Assembly: GCA_951406725.2 (NCBI GenBank)
Contig: OX597835.1
Coordinates: forward strand, 46,376,001 to 46,440,000
From: Octopus vulgaris
Lineage: Eukaryota
DNA: 64,000 nucleotides
Direction of reading: 5' to 3'
This document shows positions 24,853 through 39,886 of the stretch, in pieces; position 1 is the first letter of the stretch, and every line of letters begins with the position of its first letter. The notes under the pieces are model-generated. The model did not search any database. It saw only the letters and a program-made list of their open reading frames with translations, and was not told the origin of the DNA. Position numbers and translations under genes: made by a program.

Positions 24853-25529
24853 CTCTGAATTTTTCACACTTCACTTGACATAAATTTGTATATAAAATAT
24901 AGTTTTGCTCTCATAACCTTTCAAAGAAAAAGACGTCAACTGTTAATATTCTAACAACAACAAAAAACTGGAATAACGTCACATTTATGTAACAAAATAA
25001 AATGAAAAATTATTCGGTAAAAATATCATTACAAGTATTAAGCAATAAAAGCTCCTCTTCGTTTAATGATTAAATACACACGAGTGAGACTGACACATGA
25101 CTGTCGCTGGCACATGACTGAGGATCTGAAAATATATTTCTCTCTCGTATGCAAAATCCATAAAAAGCACATTTTTACTTTCACCCGTTTACGAGTAAAT
25201 TACTTTTGGCCTAAGGTTGCGAATTGGTAGAATCTTCCGATCATTAAAAAACAAAAAGCCATCCACTATTTTTCTCAGCGCTCTCAGTTCGAACACAGTC
25301 GAGGGAAACTTTGTCTTTCATTTCTTTCAGATTCGATTTTTAAAAATGACCACTCTCGAGAGCAGTTGATCGGTGGGAATGCTTCTGCATTGTACTGGAT
25401 CCATTTCTTGTATATCTATTTTGGTTCAGTTTATTCTGAGTTCAAATCCCATCTGTCACCAAATAAATAGATAAATAGATAAATAAGCTGTTACACTTTT
25501 GTCATAATCTGGGGTCGATAGATATTAGT

Positions 25530-25738
25530 TTCAAATTTTGGCACAGGGACAGCAATTTGTGAGGAGCGGTAAATCGAGTACACTGATCCCTGTGCTCATC
25601 TAGTACTTACTTTATCGAGCCCGAAGGGATAAAAGGCAAAGTCAACCCCGGCGGAATTTGAACTCAGAACGTGAACACGGACGAAACGTGGTTAGGCATT
25701 TTGTTCGGCGTGGTAACGATTCTACCAGCACGCCGCCT
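25530..25738 (-). mobile_element. SINE family A, older copy
   Basis: Reverse complement of head and central domain; a similar copy lies at 32030-32243. Confidence 0.8.
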
Positions 25739-25939
25739 TCGGGGCCGATAAATATTATCAATTTGAAAGACCAGTGGAAACAGGGTTTTCTTCGTTCGAT
25801 CAGCCGATTCAAAACAACAACGCCGCCATCTCTGTCCGCCAATCCTTCAAGTAAAAGAATCATTCGTTGCTTCGACGTCTACAAAGTCGCTGCTGCTTAG
25901 AACCAGCTAAACCCTGATCTAACAAGCACAAACACATAC

Positions 25940-26016
<77 letters not shown>

Positions 26017-26179
26017 TATATAAATATATATATATAGACATACATACACATACATCTAAATACACACATGTCTATCTACATATATATATATATGTATATA
26101 TATACATACTTACCTACCTACCTACATACATACATACATGCATACATACCTACCTACATACATACATACATACATATAA

Positions 26180-26215
<36 letters not shown>

Positions 26216-26401
26216 TGTAGTAAGAAGACGGATATGAATATTTCGACACATAACGTATTACTCCATGTAAAGTGCCAAGGCCGAATGAGAGGGCTAATTA
26301 TCCCCATAAGGGATTATTATATCCAAAATATCACTGGTTTAATCGCTAACACCATTGAGGAAAATCTCTTCGATGTGTATGGGATTTATTATAAGTATAA
26401 A

Positions 26402-26680
26402 TATGATTAAAGAAGAAGAATGGGGATTTGGTAAGGATGTAAAATTAATTTATTAACATATTGCCAAAATAAATACAAAATAAGTCAAATATAGCTTACG
26501 TACGTTTCAATTCAGTTCAATTCAAAGGTTGGATTTATTCCAAACTTTGATATGCAATTATTTAATGGACTGAACTGAAACGTACGTAGGCTTTATTTGA
26601 CTTATTCTGTATTTATTTTGGCAGTATGTTAAATTAATTTTACATCCTTACCAACTCTCCATTCCTCTTCTTTAATTATA
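26402..26680 (+). mobile_element. Foldback pLTR-like insertion ending at (TA)n
   Basis: Imperfect ~125-bp inverted arms (GGTAAGGATGTAAAATTAATTT / AAATTAATTTTACATCCTTACC); GAAACGTA HHR 3'-half relic on each arm. Confidence 0.7.
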
Positions 26681-26701
26681 ATTATATATATATATATATA
26701 T

Positions 26702-27400
26702 ACAAAATATATGATCACAGATGATCTTAACGACTAGGTACGCTGGGTAAATGCTGCAACGGATTACCAGGGCTCCAAGTTCATAGCCGAGACGGGAGTT
26801 ATGGAACCATTGTAGATTTCCGATATAACGGCTATATATTTGTTAACATGGACAGCAAACGCCAAGGGAAGACAAATATCTCAAGTTATATACGTTATTA
26901 TTATTCGGAAAATTTAAAGTCTTACAGCTGTTTCTGGGATATGCCACAATATGGAACATCCCGTTATCGCAGACAAATGGGGAAAATGTAAACGGAACAG
27001 GTTAAAGAGACGATGTAATAAAAGGCTGGAAAAATAAAGAAATAAAGAAATGAAGAAAAAAGAAGCATAAAAATTCACAGTTCAACTTCACTTCAACGTG
27101 AAGGAAAGCATTCAAACACAATAATCAGACGTATATTGATGCCTAGTAGAGACAGAAAGACATGGAGAGAACTCATAGACCATAAAGCTCTTTTCTTCCT
27201 GATTAGTGTGGCGGGGAGGACGAAGATAAAAGCGAACGTGTTAAAAGACAATAAGACTTTTTTTGAGTAAGAACTATATCTCGAAAGTTCACTTGGTCTG
27301 GAGATGCGACAATCGTGCTGCGAAGTAGTTTGTCCAGCGTGTTTGATGATTAGATAGATAATACATGTATCAGAACGATGTGGGTGGAAATAGGGCCGGC
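26702..27400 (-). mobile_element. Penelope-like element 3' fragment: GIY-YIG relic plus pLTR with relic HHR, ending at (TA)n
   Basis: CIIYLII..AGQT and RKKRALW...LLGINIR; HHR relic GUCU-(GCGAUAA)-CGGGAU...AUCCCA-GAAA-CAGCUG-UA-AGAC at 26919-26974. Confidence 0.7.
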
Positions 27401-27696
27401 TCTTTGCTCGTTTCCTAGAGCACATGCCTTAGCTCTGACAATGCATACTTCATGCTTAGCGTCGAAGAATTGGTCCAGAGCAAATCTCGCCGCCAGCACG
27501 TCTGTAGCGGTGACCTTCCTAAATGCCCCTTCTGATTTTCCACCACAGTGCCCCCTTGTTTTATTCCTTTCTATCGCTAACGCCTTACAAAATCTAATCG
27601 ATTCTACTCTAGATAGATAAACAGAGTGAGAAGAGTGGAATTCGCTTTTTCAGAGATAGTCTTTCACAAGAAAACAGCAAGTAATTGGATTTCTTG

Positions 27697-27698
<2 letters not shown>

Positions 27699-27783
<85 letters not shown>
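27699..27783. repeat. (GATA)n/(GA)n microsatellite
   Basis: Read directly. Confidence 0.95.
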
Positions 27784-27787
<4 letters not shown>

Positions 27788-28243
27788 TTACAATTTTGAT
27801 TACATTTTCCATTGTATAGACAGCTTGGTTGTCTAAGCTCTGAGTATAAATTGATTCCACTCAGGGATGACTTTATTAAATTTCAATATTTCCCACCCTG
27901 TGTGGGAGATAAACTAAATCGCTTTTTCATTCATAATATCGCTTTCTTGCGAAAAATTATCTCCATTTCTAGTAGCTTATATTGTTGTAGATTTTAATTC
28001 TTTATTGAAGACGTGTCACATTTCCAGATTTTATCACTAGAAAAAAAATAAAATAGAGCGGAAAAAGAATTAGTCTAAAGATGTTTTCTAAAAGATTCTG
28101 AAACCATTAAAAGTGAACTAAGAAAATATTAAACTAAATGAAAAAGAGAACAAAAACACACGAAAAAATAAAGATTATATAGTAGGATAAGTGTAGATTT
28201 TCTTAACAAACAAACCAAAATAAAAAAATAGTTAAAATGTCAT

Positions 28244-30490
<2,247 letters not shown>

Positions 30491-31002
30491 ATTTCCTTGT
30501 CTGTACTTGTTTTACCTAAGAGAACCTACTTTATATCAAATTTCTGTAAAATTCAATATCGATCTATTTCCACTAATGAGAATACTAATTATCAATTATC
30601 TTAGCATATTTTTCATTTAGTCTTGAAATTAGTCCTGAATTTATTACCGATACCCATTCTGTCTTTTATGAATGGCAACATGGTATTCAGAAACCTCAGT
30701 AACCTTTATACGTTTAGTTAACCTCTCCTATGTGTGAAGTTATGTTTTTTGTTCGTTTTAATCTTTCCGAGTGCAATTTTGATTGGCAATTTCATAATGA
30801 TGGTGACTTGATTTCTTCTGATGTGCGTTTGCCTTCCAATGTAATTTACCATGTGCTGCAGCCAGGAATTGAAATTTGATCTTTGTGTTACCGTACACAG
30901 TTCCGTATATTTATTGAGATGCAAGAGCTTGTAAATGTTTTTCAATATTGATCTTTGACATAATAATGTAGATAAGCGATAGTGTCTGGCGGGCGAGGAT
31001 AT

Positions 31003-31412
31003 ACTCTTTTACTCTCTTTTACTCTTTAGCTTGTTTCAGTCATCTGACTGCGGCCATGCTGGAGCATCGCCTTTAGTCGAGCAACTCGACCCCAGGACTT
31101 ATTCTTTGTAAGCCCAGTACTTATTCTATCGGTCTCTTTTGCCGAACCGCTAAGTTACGGGGACATAAACACACCAGCATCGGTTGTCAAGCAATGCTAG
31201 GGGGACAAACACAGACACACAAACATACATGCACATACACATAAATACATATATACGACGGGCTTCTTTCAGTTTCCGTCTACCAAATCCACTCACAAGG
31301 CTTTGGTCGGCCCGAGGCTATAGTAGAAGACATTTGCCCAAGGTGCCACGCAGTGGGACTGAACCCCGAACCTTGTGGTTGGTAAGCAAGCTACTTACCA
31401 CTCCTGCGCCTA
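31003..31412 (-). mobile_element. SINE family B
   Basis: High identity to 10958-11379. Confidence 0.92.
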
Positions 31413-33003
31413 TATATTTGCTTTTAGTTAATCGTTCAGTCGTTCATTATTCTAAGTTCAATCCGCGATCAGCTCTGCCTTTCCTCCGTTTGGAGTTGAT
31501 AAATGAAATACCGGACTTGTACTGGAGTCAGTTATTCTCTTTCTTTCCGTCTGTGTGATTCTCTTTCTGAAAGAATTCGGCTTTTGTCAGACCTAAGTAG
31601 AGATGCACTCCACCAATCCTAAGAAGCAAAGACAAAAGACACAAGATGCGTTGTATTTGACGGCGACGTCCCTGTGATTCCATCAAAGTGTTGAAAACCC
31701 ACATCAAAGACAGGCAGTGATCCATATCGATTGAAATACATAACTGGGGACATGAAATGTAAAGTCGGCCTCAAACAGAATTCGAACTCAGAACGTAAAG
31801 TTACACAACTCTGAATTACAATCCTCTCTGTTATACGCAGAATTTGGTGGGCGGAATCTTGTCGATTGTATCGACACCTGTACTCAATTGGTACATTGAC
31901 CCCGAAAAGGTGAAAGGAAACAAATCTAAGAATTTGATCTCAGACCATAATGAAATGATGAATAGTGTTTTGCCTGACCTGTTAAAAATGCTGCCAGCTC
32001 ACCGCTTTTATAGAAATGAGTATAAAAACCCTTTCTGATAAAGGCACAAGACCTGAAATTTTGGGGTTATGGGTTATTTCGATTACCTCGACACCAGTGC
32101 TCACCTGGTACTTAATTTATCGACCCTGAAAGGATAAAAGGCAAAATCGACCTCGGTGGAATTCGAACTCAGAACGTAACAACAGACGCAATACCTTTGA
32201 CCATTTCACCCGACGTGCAACTGATTCTGCTAACTCACTGCCTTACAAATGAATATAACAATGCAAGACCCTACTGTCAGCTGATGCTCTACCGATGTCT
32301 TTAATACGTAACGATTAAATAAGCAGTAAACAGGCTTAATCGTTGGAGCGTCGAACAAAATGTCTAATGCTATTTATTTACAGTTCTTCACGCTTTGAGC
32401 GTAAATTCCGTTAATACCGAGTTTACCACCTATTTATACGGGGTCGATATAATAAAGGTCGAACAAACACTGGGTCGATGTCATTTACTAGAGCGGTCCC
32501 GCCAAATCTGCGTCTTTGTGCCTCTGTGATAAATCAATTCCAAATATATTGCTCTCTATTTACGTATTCCTGTTCGTTGATTCTAAACACCAGATTTCCG
32601 ACAAAATAATCTTTCAACTATAATTTATATTCGCTTGCTTGAAAATCTATATCGCCAAAGGCAAAAATCAAACTAGGAAATATAAACTCGTAAATAGTGC
32701 TATCATGATGTCAAAATGCTATGATTGATTTGGCCAAAAATATATATTCTACTCTGAAAATAGATATCCTGTAAATTTCTTTATATACATTGACACACAC
32801 CCCACCACACTTACACACACACATACACACACACATACACAAACGGTATTATAAGTGAGTGTGTGTGATTTATATATATTTCTTTGCATGTACGTAAAAT
32901 ATAAGTGTGTTTATGATCCCTTTGATTTCCAGGACTTATTTTAAAGAACCAAGGGAAATACACCATCGCTGGAATTTAGATAACGATCAAAAAGAATACA
33001 TAC

Positions 33004-33080
<77 letters not shown>

Positions 33081-33298
33081 TATAAGTATATATATATAAA
33101 TATAGATATATATAGATATGTGTAAAGTAAAGCGAAATATGTGTGTGTGTGCATTGAGATTTAGAAACGATTTCGAAATTGCCTGTTTGTTCTGTTCCAT
33201 TTACAGATTGAATTTGGAGAAAATATGATAAATGGTTTTACTCTGTGATCGAACTGCATAATACCTGTGTATGTACGAACGTATGAATGATTAAATGA

Positions 33299-33396
<98 letters not shown>

Positions 33397-33562
33397 ATAG
33401 ATAGATAGATACATACATACATACATACATACATGTATATATATATTATATATTATATATAAATATATTTATATATATGTATGTATGTACGTACGTACGT
33501 ACGTATGTATGTATGTATGTATGTATGTATGTATGTATGTATGTATGTATGTATGTATGTAT

Positions 33563-33956
33563 GGTAAATGAAAGACGGATGAGGGAATACACAAGAATTT
33601 ATTATTAATCAAGACAGTTGTTTCGACGCATCAAACATCGATCCCTGACGAGTGGGACACTTAACAACTGGTTCAGGAGCATCCAGAGGTGAAGATGTGT
33701 CTCATCGGGTGATAAACAGACACAACTCGTTAAAATAACAGTTCCGCAACGTTTCTTCTCATTTCGTAGAAAGAAAAGCAGTAAGACGAAGGAAATATCT
33801 TCATTTATACAGAAGATCAAAAATAAAATCACAGATGAAAAAGTAAAAAGAAACGAACACGCAATACGGTGAGAAGAGTATTAAAAATAGCCGTTAACAA
33901 ATACGGATGTATAAACGCCCTCGCTCAAGCTGAATGGCGCGAGTACACTCGCTCAT
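33563..33956 (-). mobile_element. pLTR-like repeat with long-stem-II HHR, adjacent to (TATG)n
   Basis: Homologous to 48744-49124; HHR 33608-33713: AUCAC-CCGAUGA-GACACAUC...GAUGCGUC-GAAA-CAACUG-UC-UUGAU. Confidence 0.75.
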
Positions 33957-34534
33957 ACAAGCATCTGCGAAAATGTAAGCATACACACCCGTGTGGTTTG
34001 GTACACTTACGGTCACAAAGCGAGTTAAGTAGCTATTTGGTGTTTATAAGAATGGGGAGATAACAACTAAACTCGATTCATCCATACCTTAATGTAAATT
34101 ATGTAAACAGTTATTCAAATTCATTCCCACTGCATTAAGCGAAAGTATATCTATATGTGTGGAGGCATCTTGAAAGTCTTTCATAAATTCTGTTAATGAA
34201 CTTCTCATTGGTCCACAGAATAGACAGGGATTCCTTGGAGCAGAGTTGGTATCACCTGGAAATTATATTGTATGATTTCGCACGCCTTGCTGTGGACCAA
34301 GTTATGCTGTACTTAATATGATTAGATAGATATTAGGCATGCTAGCCACTGGTAGAAAAACTTCTGTAAATTTTCTACCCTATATATTTTCTCAGTAGAA
34401 TTTTCTCCTGTCACACATTGTTCCTCCCGCCTTCGCCACCTTACCTTGTATGGTCTAGCGGCCTGCACTGTCCTGCTTTTGATACAAATTTTCATCCTCT
34501 GCAAATCCCAAATTTTATTTTGGTTCGCATGAGC

Positions 34535-34760
34535 AACTGTTTTCTCGAAGGCACATAATGTCTTGTATTGCTCGAAATGTGGAGTAGATAAACAGCCGAC
34601 AACTGATGAAGGGTCGTTCTTTATGTTAACTGTCCTGTTTTCCATTTGTTTCTTTCGTTGTTCGTATACAAAAGTTTGTCTTCGTATTTCAGGTTTTCCT
34701 ATGTCGTATTACATGTTTTCGTATTTCATGTTACTTTTTATGACGTCCTGTACACATATA
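34535..34760 (+). mobile_element. Degenerate pLTR-like segment with HHR relic
   Basis: CTCGAAGGCA...TGCTCGAAATGT followed by CTGATGAAGGG and a T-rich tail ending in a TA-rich microsatellite. Confidence 0.35.
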
Positions 34761-34882
34761 TGCATGTATTTATACATATATATGTATGTACATATATGTA
34801 TGTATATATGCATATATACATATATATATATATTATTTATATTATTATATGATTGAACGCAACGCATTCATTTCTAAATAAA

Positions 34883-35000
<118 letters not shown>

Positions 35001-36307
35001 CAAATACATATACAAATACATATACATATATACGCATGCACTTAACTGGTTTCGGATTTATTGGTTGTCAAAATATACATTATGAGCAGCGTGAAGCTGT
35101 GTCGTAATATTGTATGATTTTGTGCTTTTTTTTCTGGTCGATGTCTTCAAAATCGTTTGCTTTTACAGAGAGAATGTGCCCGAGATCATTATCTGTGGTC
35201 AAAACGGTAAGAACTGAAATGTCACCTTTAAACTATTTGCCGTGCATTACTCTTATCAATAACTTATGTAACAATTTGCGGAAATATCTCAAGTGAATAA
35301 AAAATAATTATTTGCTTCCTGCATTTTCACAACATCCATTTAAATGTGGTCTATATATATAGGACAAATATGAATAGATATGAAAATGGTGGCTGAGATA
35401 GAAAAGAGTGTGTGGGTGTATGCGCGTGTGCGTTAGTGCATGCGCGTGAACCCACACGCATGCGCTCAGGCTACATTAAGCAAAGCAACAAACACCTCAG
35501 ATGCACACACAAATATCGTTTTGAACTACATTTTCGTACGTAAGATTGCATCTTTCCTTAAAACAGTTTATTTAACACAAAATGTCATCACGCCTTGGCT
35601 AAATACTATCATAGCTGCTCATACAGCTACTGGACGCAATCAACAGTTGAAATCAGCTGACATTTTTTCACCTTTCATAATTATTGTACTGAGTGTCATA
35701 TGATACATCTCCAAAACTAAAAGTTTACGTGACCCTCCCACGTGTCTATCATACGAGTAACCTCAACCATCAATCTGTACTTTAATTGATAGTAATTTGT
35801 GCTACGTTGTCTCTTAAAAATCAACGTTTCGTACAACGGACCGAAAAATTGTTTATGACAGAGTATGTTACTCATAAGATTCACCTTTGAAAATCAACAC
35901 TTTAAAATCAGTTAAGTTCATATACATTTATGTATGTATGTATGTTTGTATGTATGTATGTATGTATAAACATCTATTAAAACTGATATGCACAAACGTG
36001 CATGCATATACATCCTTGATATTAGGAGATTACGCAAGAATAGTTAGAGGCCATGTTAGAGCTTAGATGTTTCGAATTCTTAAAAAATGTAACTTCTTAA
36101 TCAGTTTATGATACTCCTGTATCTGTTGTGATAGGTAAGATAAAACCATTCTACGAACATCAATAACAAGGCGGACAAAGGTGTATGAAATATATCTACA
36201 TTAGTTGTTACATAACCTTATTGCAATCGGCTATTACAGATATTTCAGTGAAGTGAGGGTGCTATAACGCACAATATGTAATTAGGTGAAAGCATTATGA
36301 GATAATA

Positions 36308-36860
36308 ATAAATCTCAACCTAGAAACTGCAGTCCGTGCGTATCACTTAGGTTGACGAGGGAAGGGTGACCTCCCTTTGCAAATACCATAAGGGCACAGA
36401 AAGTGTGCCTAAAGCCAGCTGGAGACGATGTTCTCCTGAGACTACAAGCTACAGTAACACCCACCCTTAGTGGTTAGCCATATTGAGATGGCAAGTATAC
36501 CTCACATTGTCGTGCAGTTACTCTTTATACCTCGTTCAGAGCTTTATTATTGCTTGCATACAGTTTTTCGAGATCAGTGACGAAAAGTTACTGGAAAAAC
36601 GATATAAAGGATTTGCATTGGAACACCTTTTCATCGAAAACCGGTGATTGTCGTACGCTGATGACAGGTCAAAACCTAGAAACTGCAGTCCGTTCGTATC
36701 ACTTAGGCTGACGAGGGAAGGGTGACTTCCCTTTGCAGATACCATAAGGGCACAGAAAGTGTGCCTAAAGCCAGCTGGAGACGATGTTCTCCTGGGGCTA
36801 CAACCTACAGTAATACCTACCTTTAGTGGTAAGCCATATTGAGATGGCAAGTATACCTCA
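36308..36860 (+). mobile_element. Retrozyme-like insertion: ~1.5 tandem copies of a 356-nt non-coding HHR monomer with 15-bp TSD
   Basis: Direct repeat 36317-36508 / 36673-36864; flanking CATTATGAGATAATA at 36293-36307 and 36861-36875. Confidence 0.85.
36644..36702 (+). ncRNA. Type-I hammerhead ribozyme with extended stem I
   Basis: GUGAU-UGU-CGUACG-CUGAUGA-C-AGGU(CAAA)ACCU-A-GAAA-CUGCAG-UC^CGUUCG-U-AUCAC; predicted cleavage after 36690, homologous site at 36334. Confidence 0.85.
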
Positions 36861-37283
36861 CATTATGAGATAATATCACAAGAAAGCAAAGAGGCGAGCT
36901 GAGTTCAAATTTCGCCGAGGTCAACCTCACATTTTACCTTTTCACGGTCGATAAAATAAGTACCAGTTGAGAAGTAAGGTCGATATAGTTGACTAAACTC
37001 TCCCTTGAAATTGCTGATCTTGTGGCCAGGTTTAAAACCAATGTTACAGGAAAGCCCATCTGTAAACATAACATCAATGGACAGAAATTCCACAAGAGAC
37101 AAACACAAAGCTCATCAGTCCAATGCCAAAAAGAGTTTCTAAGTTAAAAACTGCAAAAGGGAATGTCAACTAAACACTAAAGTATGGAGTCCTACCTATC
37201 GATTACATTTCAATTGTTTGCTTTGCTTATTAAATATAGGATTTTGAAAATTAAAGGTGTTTGTTTACTTCCTGCATGTCTGT

Positions 37284-37320
<37 letters not shown>

Positions 37321-37323
<3 letters not shown>

Positions 37324-37570
37324 CCATGTTGATCGCCATGTTGATTCGCTAGCATCTGCACGCATTTTTTTTCTCTCCTTCTTTCTGTGTTTCTTCTCTG
37401 TGTATCTTTCTGTTGAAGAGCGTAGGCTCGAAACGTTAAAGACTTGTTTTATTTATATTTCCTGAGCGTCATACTAATACAATTGTTTGTTTGTATTCCA
37501 CTTGCCTTCGTCTTTTGTTTATTTCCGTAAACCTGCCTTCGTCTTTTGTCTATTTTCATAAAGCTTCCCG

Positions 37571-37572
<2 letters not shown>
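37321..37572 (+). mobile_element. Solo PLE pseudo-LTR flanked by (TA)n on both sides
   Basis: Same family as 6930-7125 (-) and 9645-9770; HHR-like motif at 37405-37442. Confidence 0.8.
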
Positions 37573-37625
<53 letters not shown>

Positions 37626-38525
37626 TATATATATATAAATGTTTTCTTATTCTAGTTTAACTGAATAAACTTTGGCGTACGTATTCATGAGATAGGCTTC
37701 ACGTGTCTAACACAAGTGAAGAGCAGTGAAAGAAGGGGAAAAAAAGAAGACATTTAATTCGAGTCCTTTTGTATTGAAAAGGGTTTTAATGTATATATTT
37801 TATGAGCAAAAGAAATTTTGTAGTGAAAGAAAGGAAGTCACATTTTATTGACCGAGGAAGTCAAGAGGCAGAATCTTTAGCACGCCGGACAAAATGCATA
37901 GCGGCATTTCATCAGCCTTTAAGTTCTGAGTTCAAATTCCGTCGAGGTCGATTCTGCCCAAAATTTCTGGTCTTGTGCTAAAATTTGAAACTGATATTGG
38001 TTTCAACTTATAGCCCTGGGCCATCAGCTTTGGAAGAGGGAGTTCAGCATGGAGCTTATTTTATTGACACCGAAAAGAGGAAAGGCAAAGTCGACCTCAG
38101 CGGAATTTGAACTCAAAACGTAAGGAAGGACAAAATACTGGTAGTTATTTTTCTGGTGTATTAATGATTCTGTCTGTTTGGCGCCTCGAACCCATAAGAA
38201 CCCATATACCTAGGTTTTGTTTTTATTGTATTTTTCTTTGTTTTTTAATCGTGAATACGACAGCCGAGAATAAGATGTGTAAATTTGAAAATATAATCTT
38301 TAGCATACATCAGGCGACATGAGTCAGCACATTGTATATTAAAGGAACGAAAGCTAAATGAAACCGGTTTTTCAAAATAACATATAATAAAATGTAACAT
38401 AAATGCCGAATATTATGTTGGAAAAATGCAATTGTTTTTACCGAACTTAAATATATATATTTATATGTGTGTTTGCGTGCGCGCGCGTGTGTGTGAAGAG
38501 TAGAAATAACTATATACGTATATAA

Positions 38526-38579
<54 letters not shown>

Positions 38580-38622
38580 GGGGGAGAGAGAGATGTAGAT
38601 TAATACACACACACATACGCTC

Positions 38623-38660
<38 letters not shown>

Positions 38661-39069
38661 CAGAGATAGATAGATAGATAGATATTAATATGTACATATA
38701 AATATATATACATATATGTATATACATATACAGAGAGAAAGTTTGAAAGATAGATATTAATTTGTGTGTGTGTGTATGTGTGTGTGTGTGTGTGTGTGTG
38801 TAATTGCATATCTTTTAACTTCTCATATCTCACAAATCCCACTGCATTGTATGCATTAAGCACTACGTTACTTTCTCTCTATTTCTGTTCTGTGTTGTGA
38901 ATCTTATTTTCTCTTCAGCCTTTACTCTGATAAAATCAGCAATGATTTGTAAGCATCATTTCATGCAGCAAAACAATTTTATGTGTAATATCCCTGAATG
39001 CATGCAACCAAACACACGCACACTTCGAAATGTTGATACAAGGCTGAATATCTGTATATCTATTCATCC

Positions 39070-39127
<58 letters not shown>

Positions 39128-39245
39128 TTACATATCTATCTATATGTGTGTGTATCGAATTACACATATTTATATACATACATATAAGTGTATATCCATC
39201 CATATATTTATCTCTCTCTCACTATATACACACACATATATATAC

Positions 39246-39285
<40 letters not shown>

Positions 39286-39643
39286 TGAAAGAGAGAAAGA
39301 TTGAGAGGTCTGTGCATGTTTAAATATATTTAGGTGAATATGTGTATGTATGCAAAAGAGTGTGTGTCTCTGAGTGTGCACCTGTATGTGTGCGTGTGCG
39401 CGTGCGTGAGCGCTTGTGTTTTTAACAGATTCATTCAAATAAATGTTGATTTCTAAACATAAATACATATATAAATGGTAAAACATAAATATACCTACAT
39501 ATATAAATATCTACGTAATGACACATACATATTCACAGACACTTTGCATGGAAGCATAGATTTTTTTCAGAACACGCAGACCCATACAAACACAGATAAG
39601 CATATATGGTTATGTGCGTTCTTATCTCTTAGTGAGTTAATGA

Positions 39644-39692
<49 letters not shown>

Positions 39693-39787
39693 TACAGAAC
39701 ACCACAAATAAACGTAGAACTCAACGAGAAACGAAAACATAAAAACAAACTAGGAAACGGACTTATATATATATATGTGTGTGTGTA

Positions 39788-39850
<63 letters not shown>

Positions 39851-39852
39851 GA

Positions 39853-39884
<32 letters not shown>

Positions 39885-39886
<2 letters not shown>

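Noticed and set aside
30640-30950. Possible HHR relic (+) and GIY-YIG trace (PGCS/NYIG, -)
   Set aside because: Too decayed and in opposing orientations; not counted
36536-36850. 104-aa minus-strand ORF across the retrozyme repeat
   Set aside because: No recognisable motif, antisense to the ribozyme, and its length is compatible with chance
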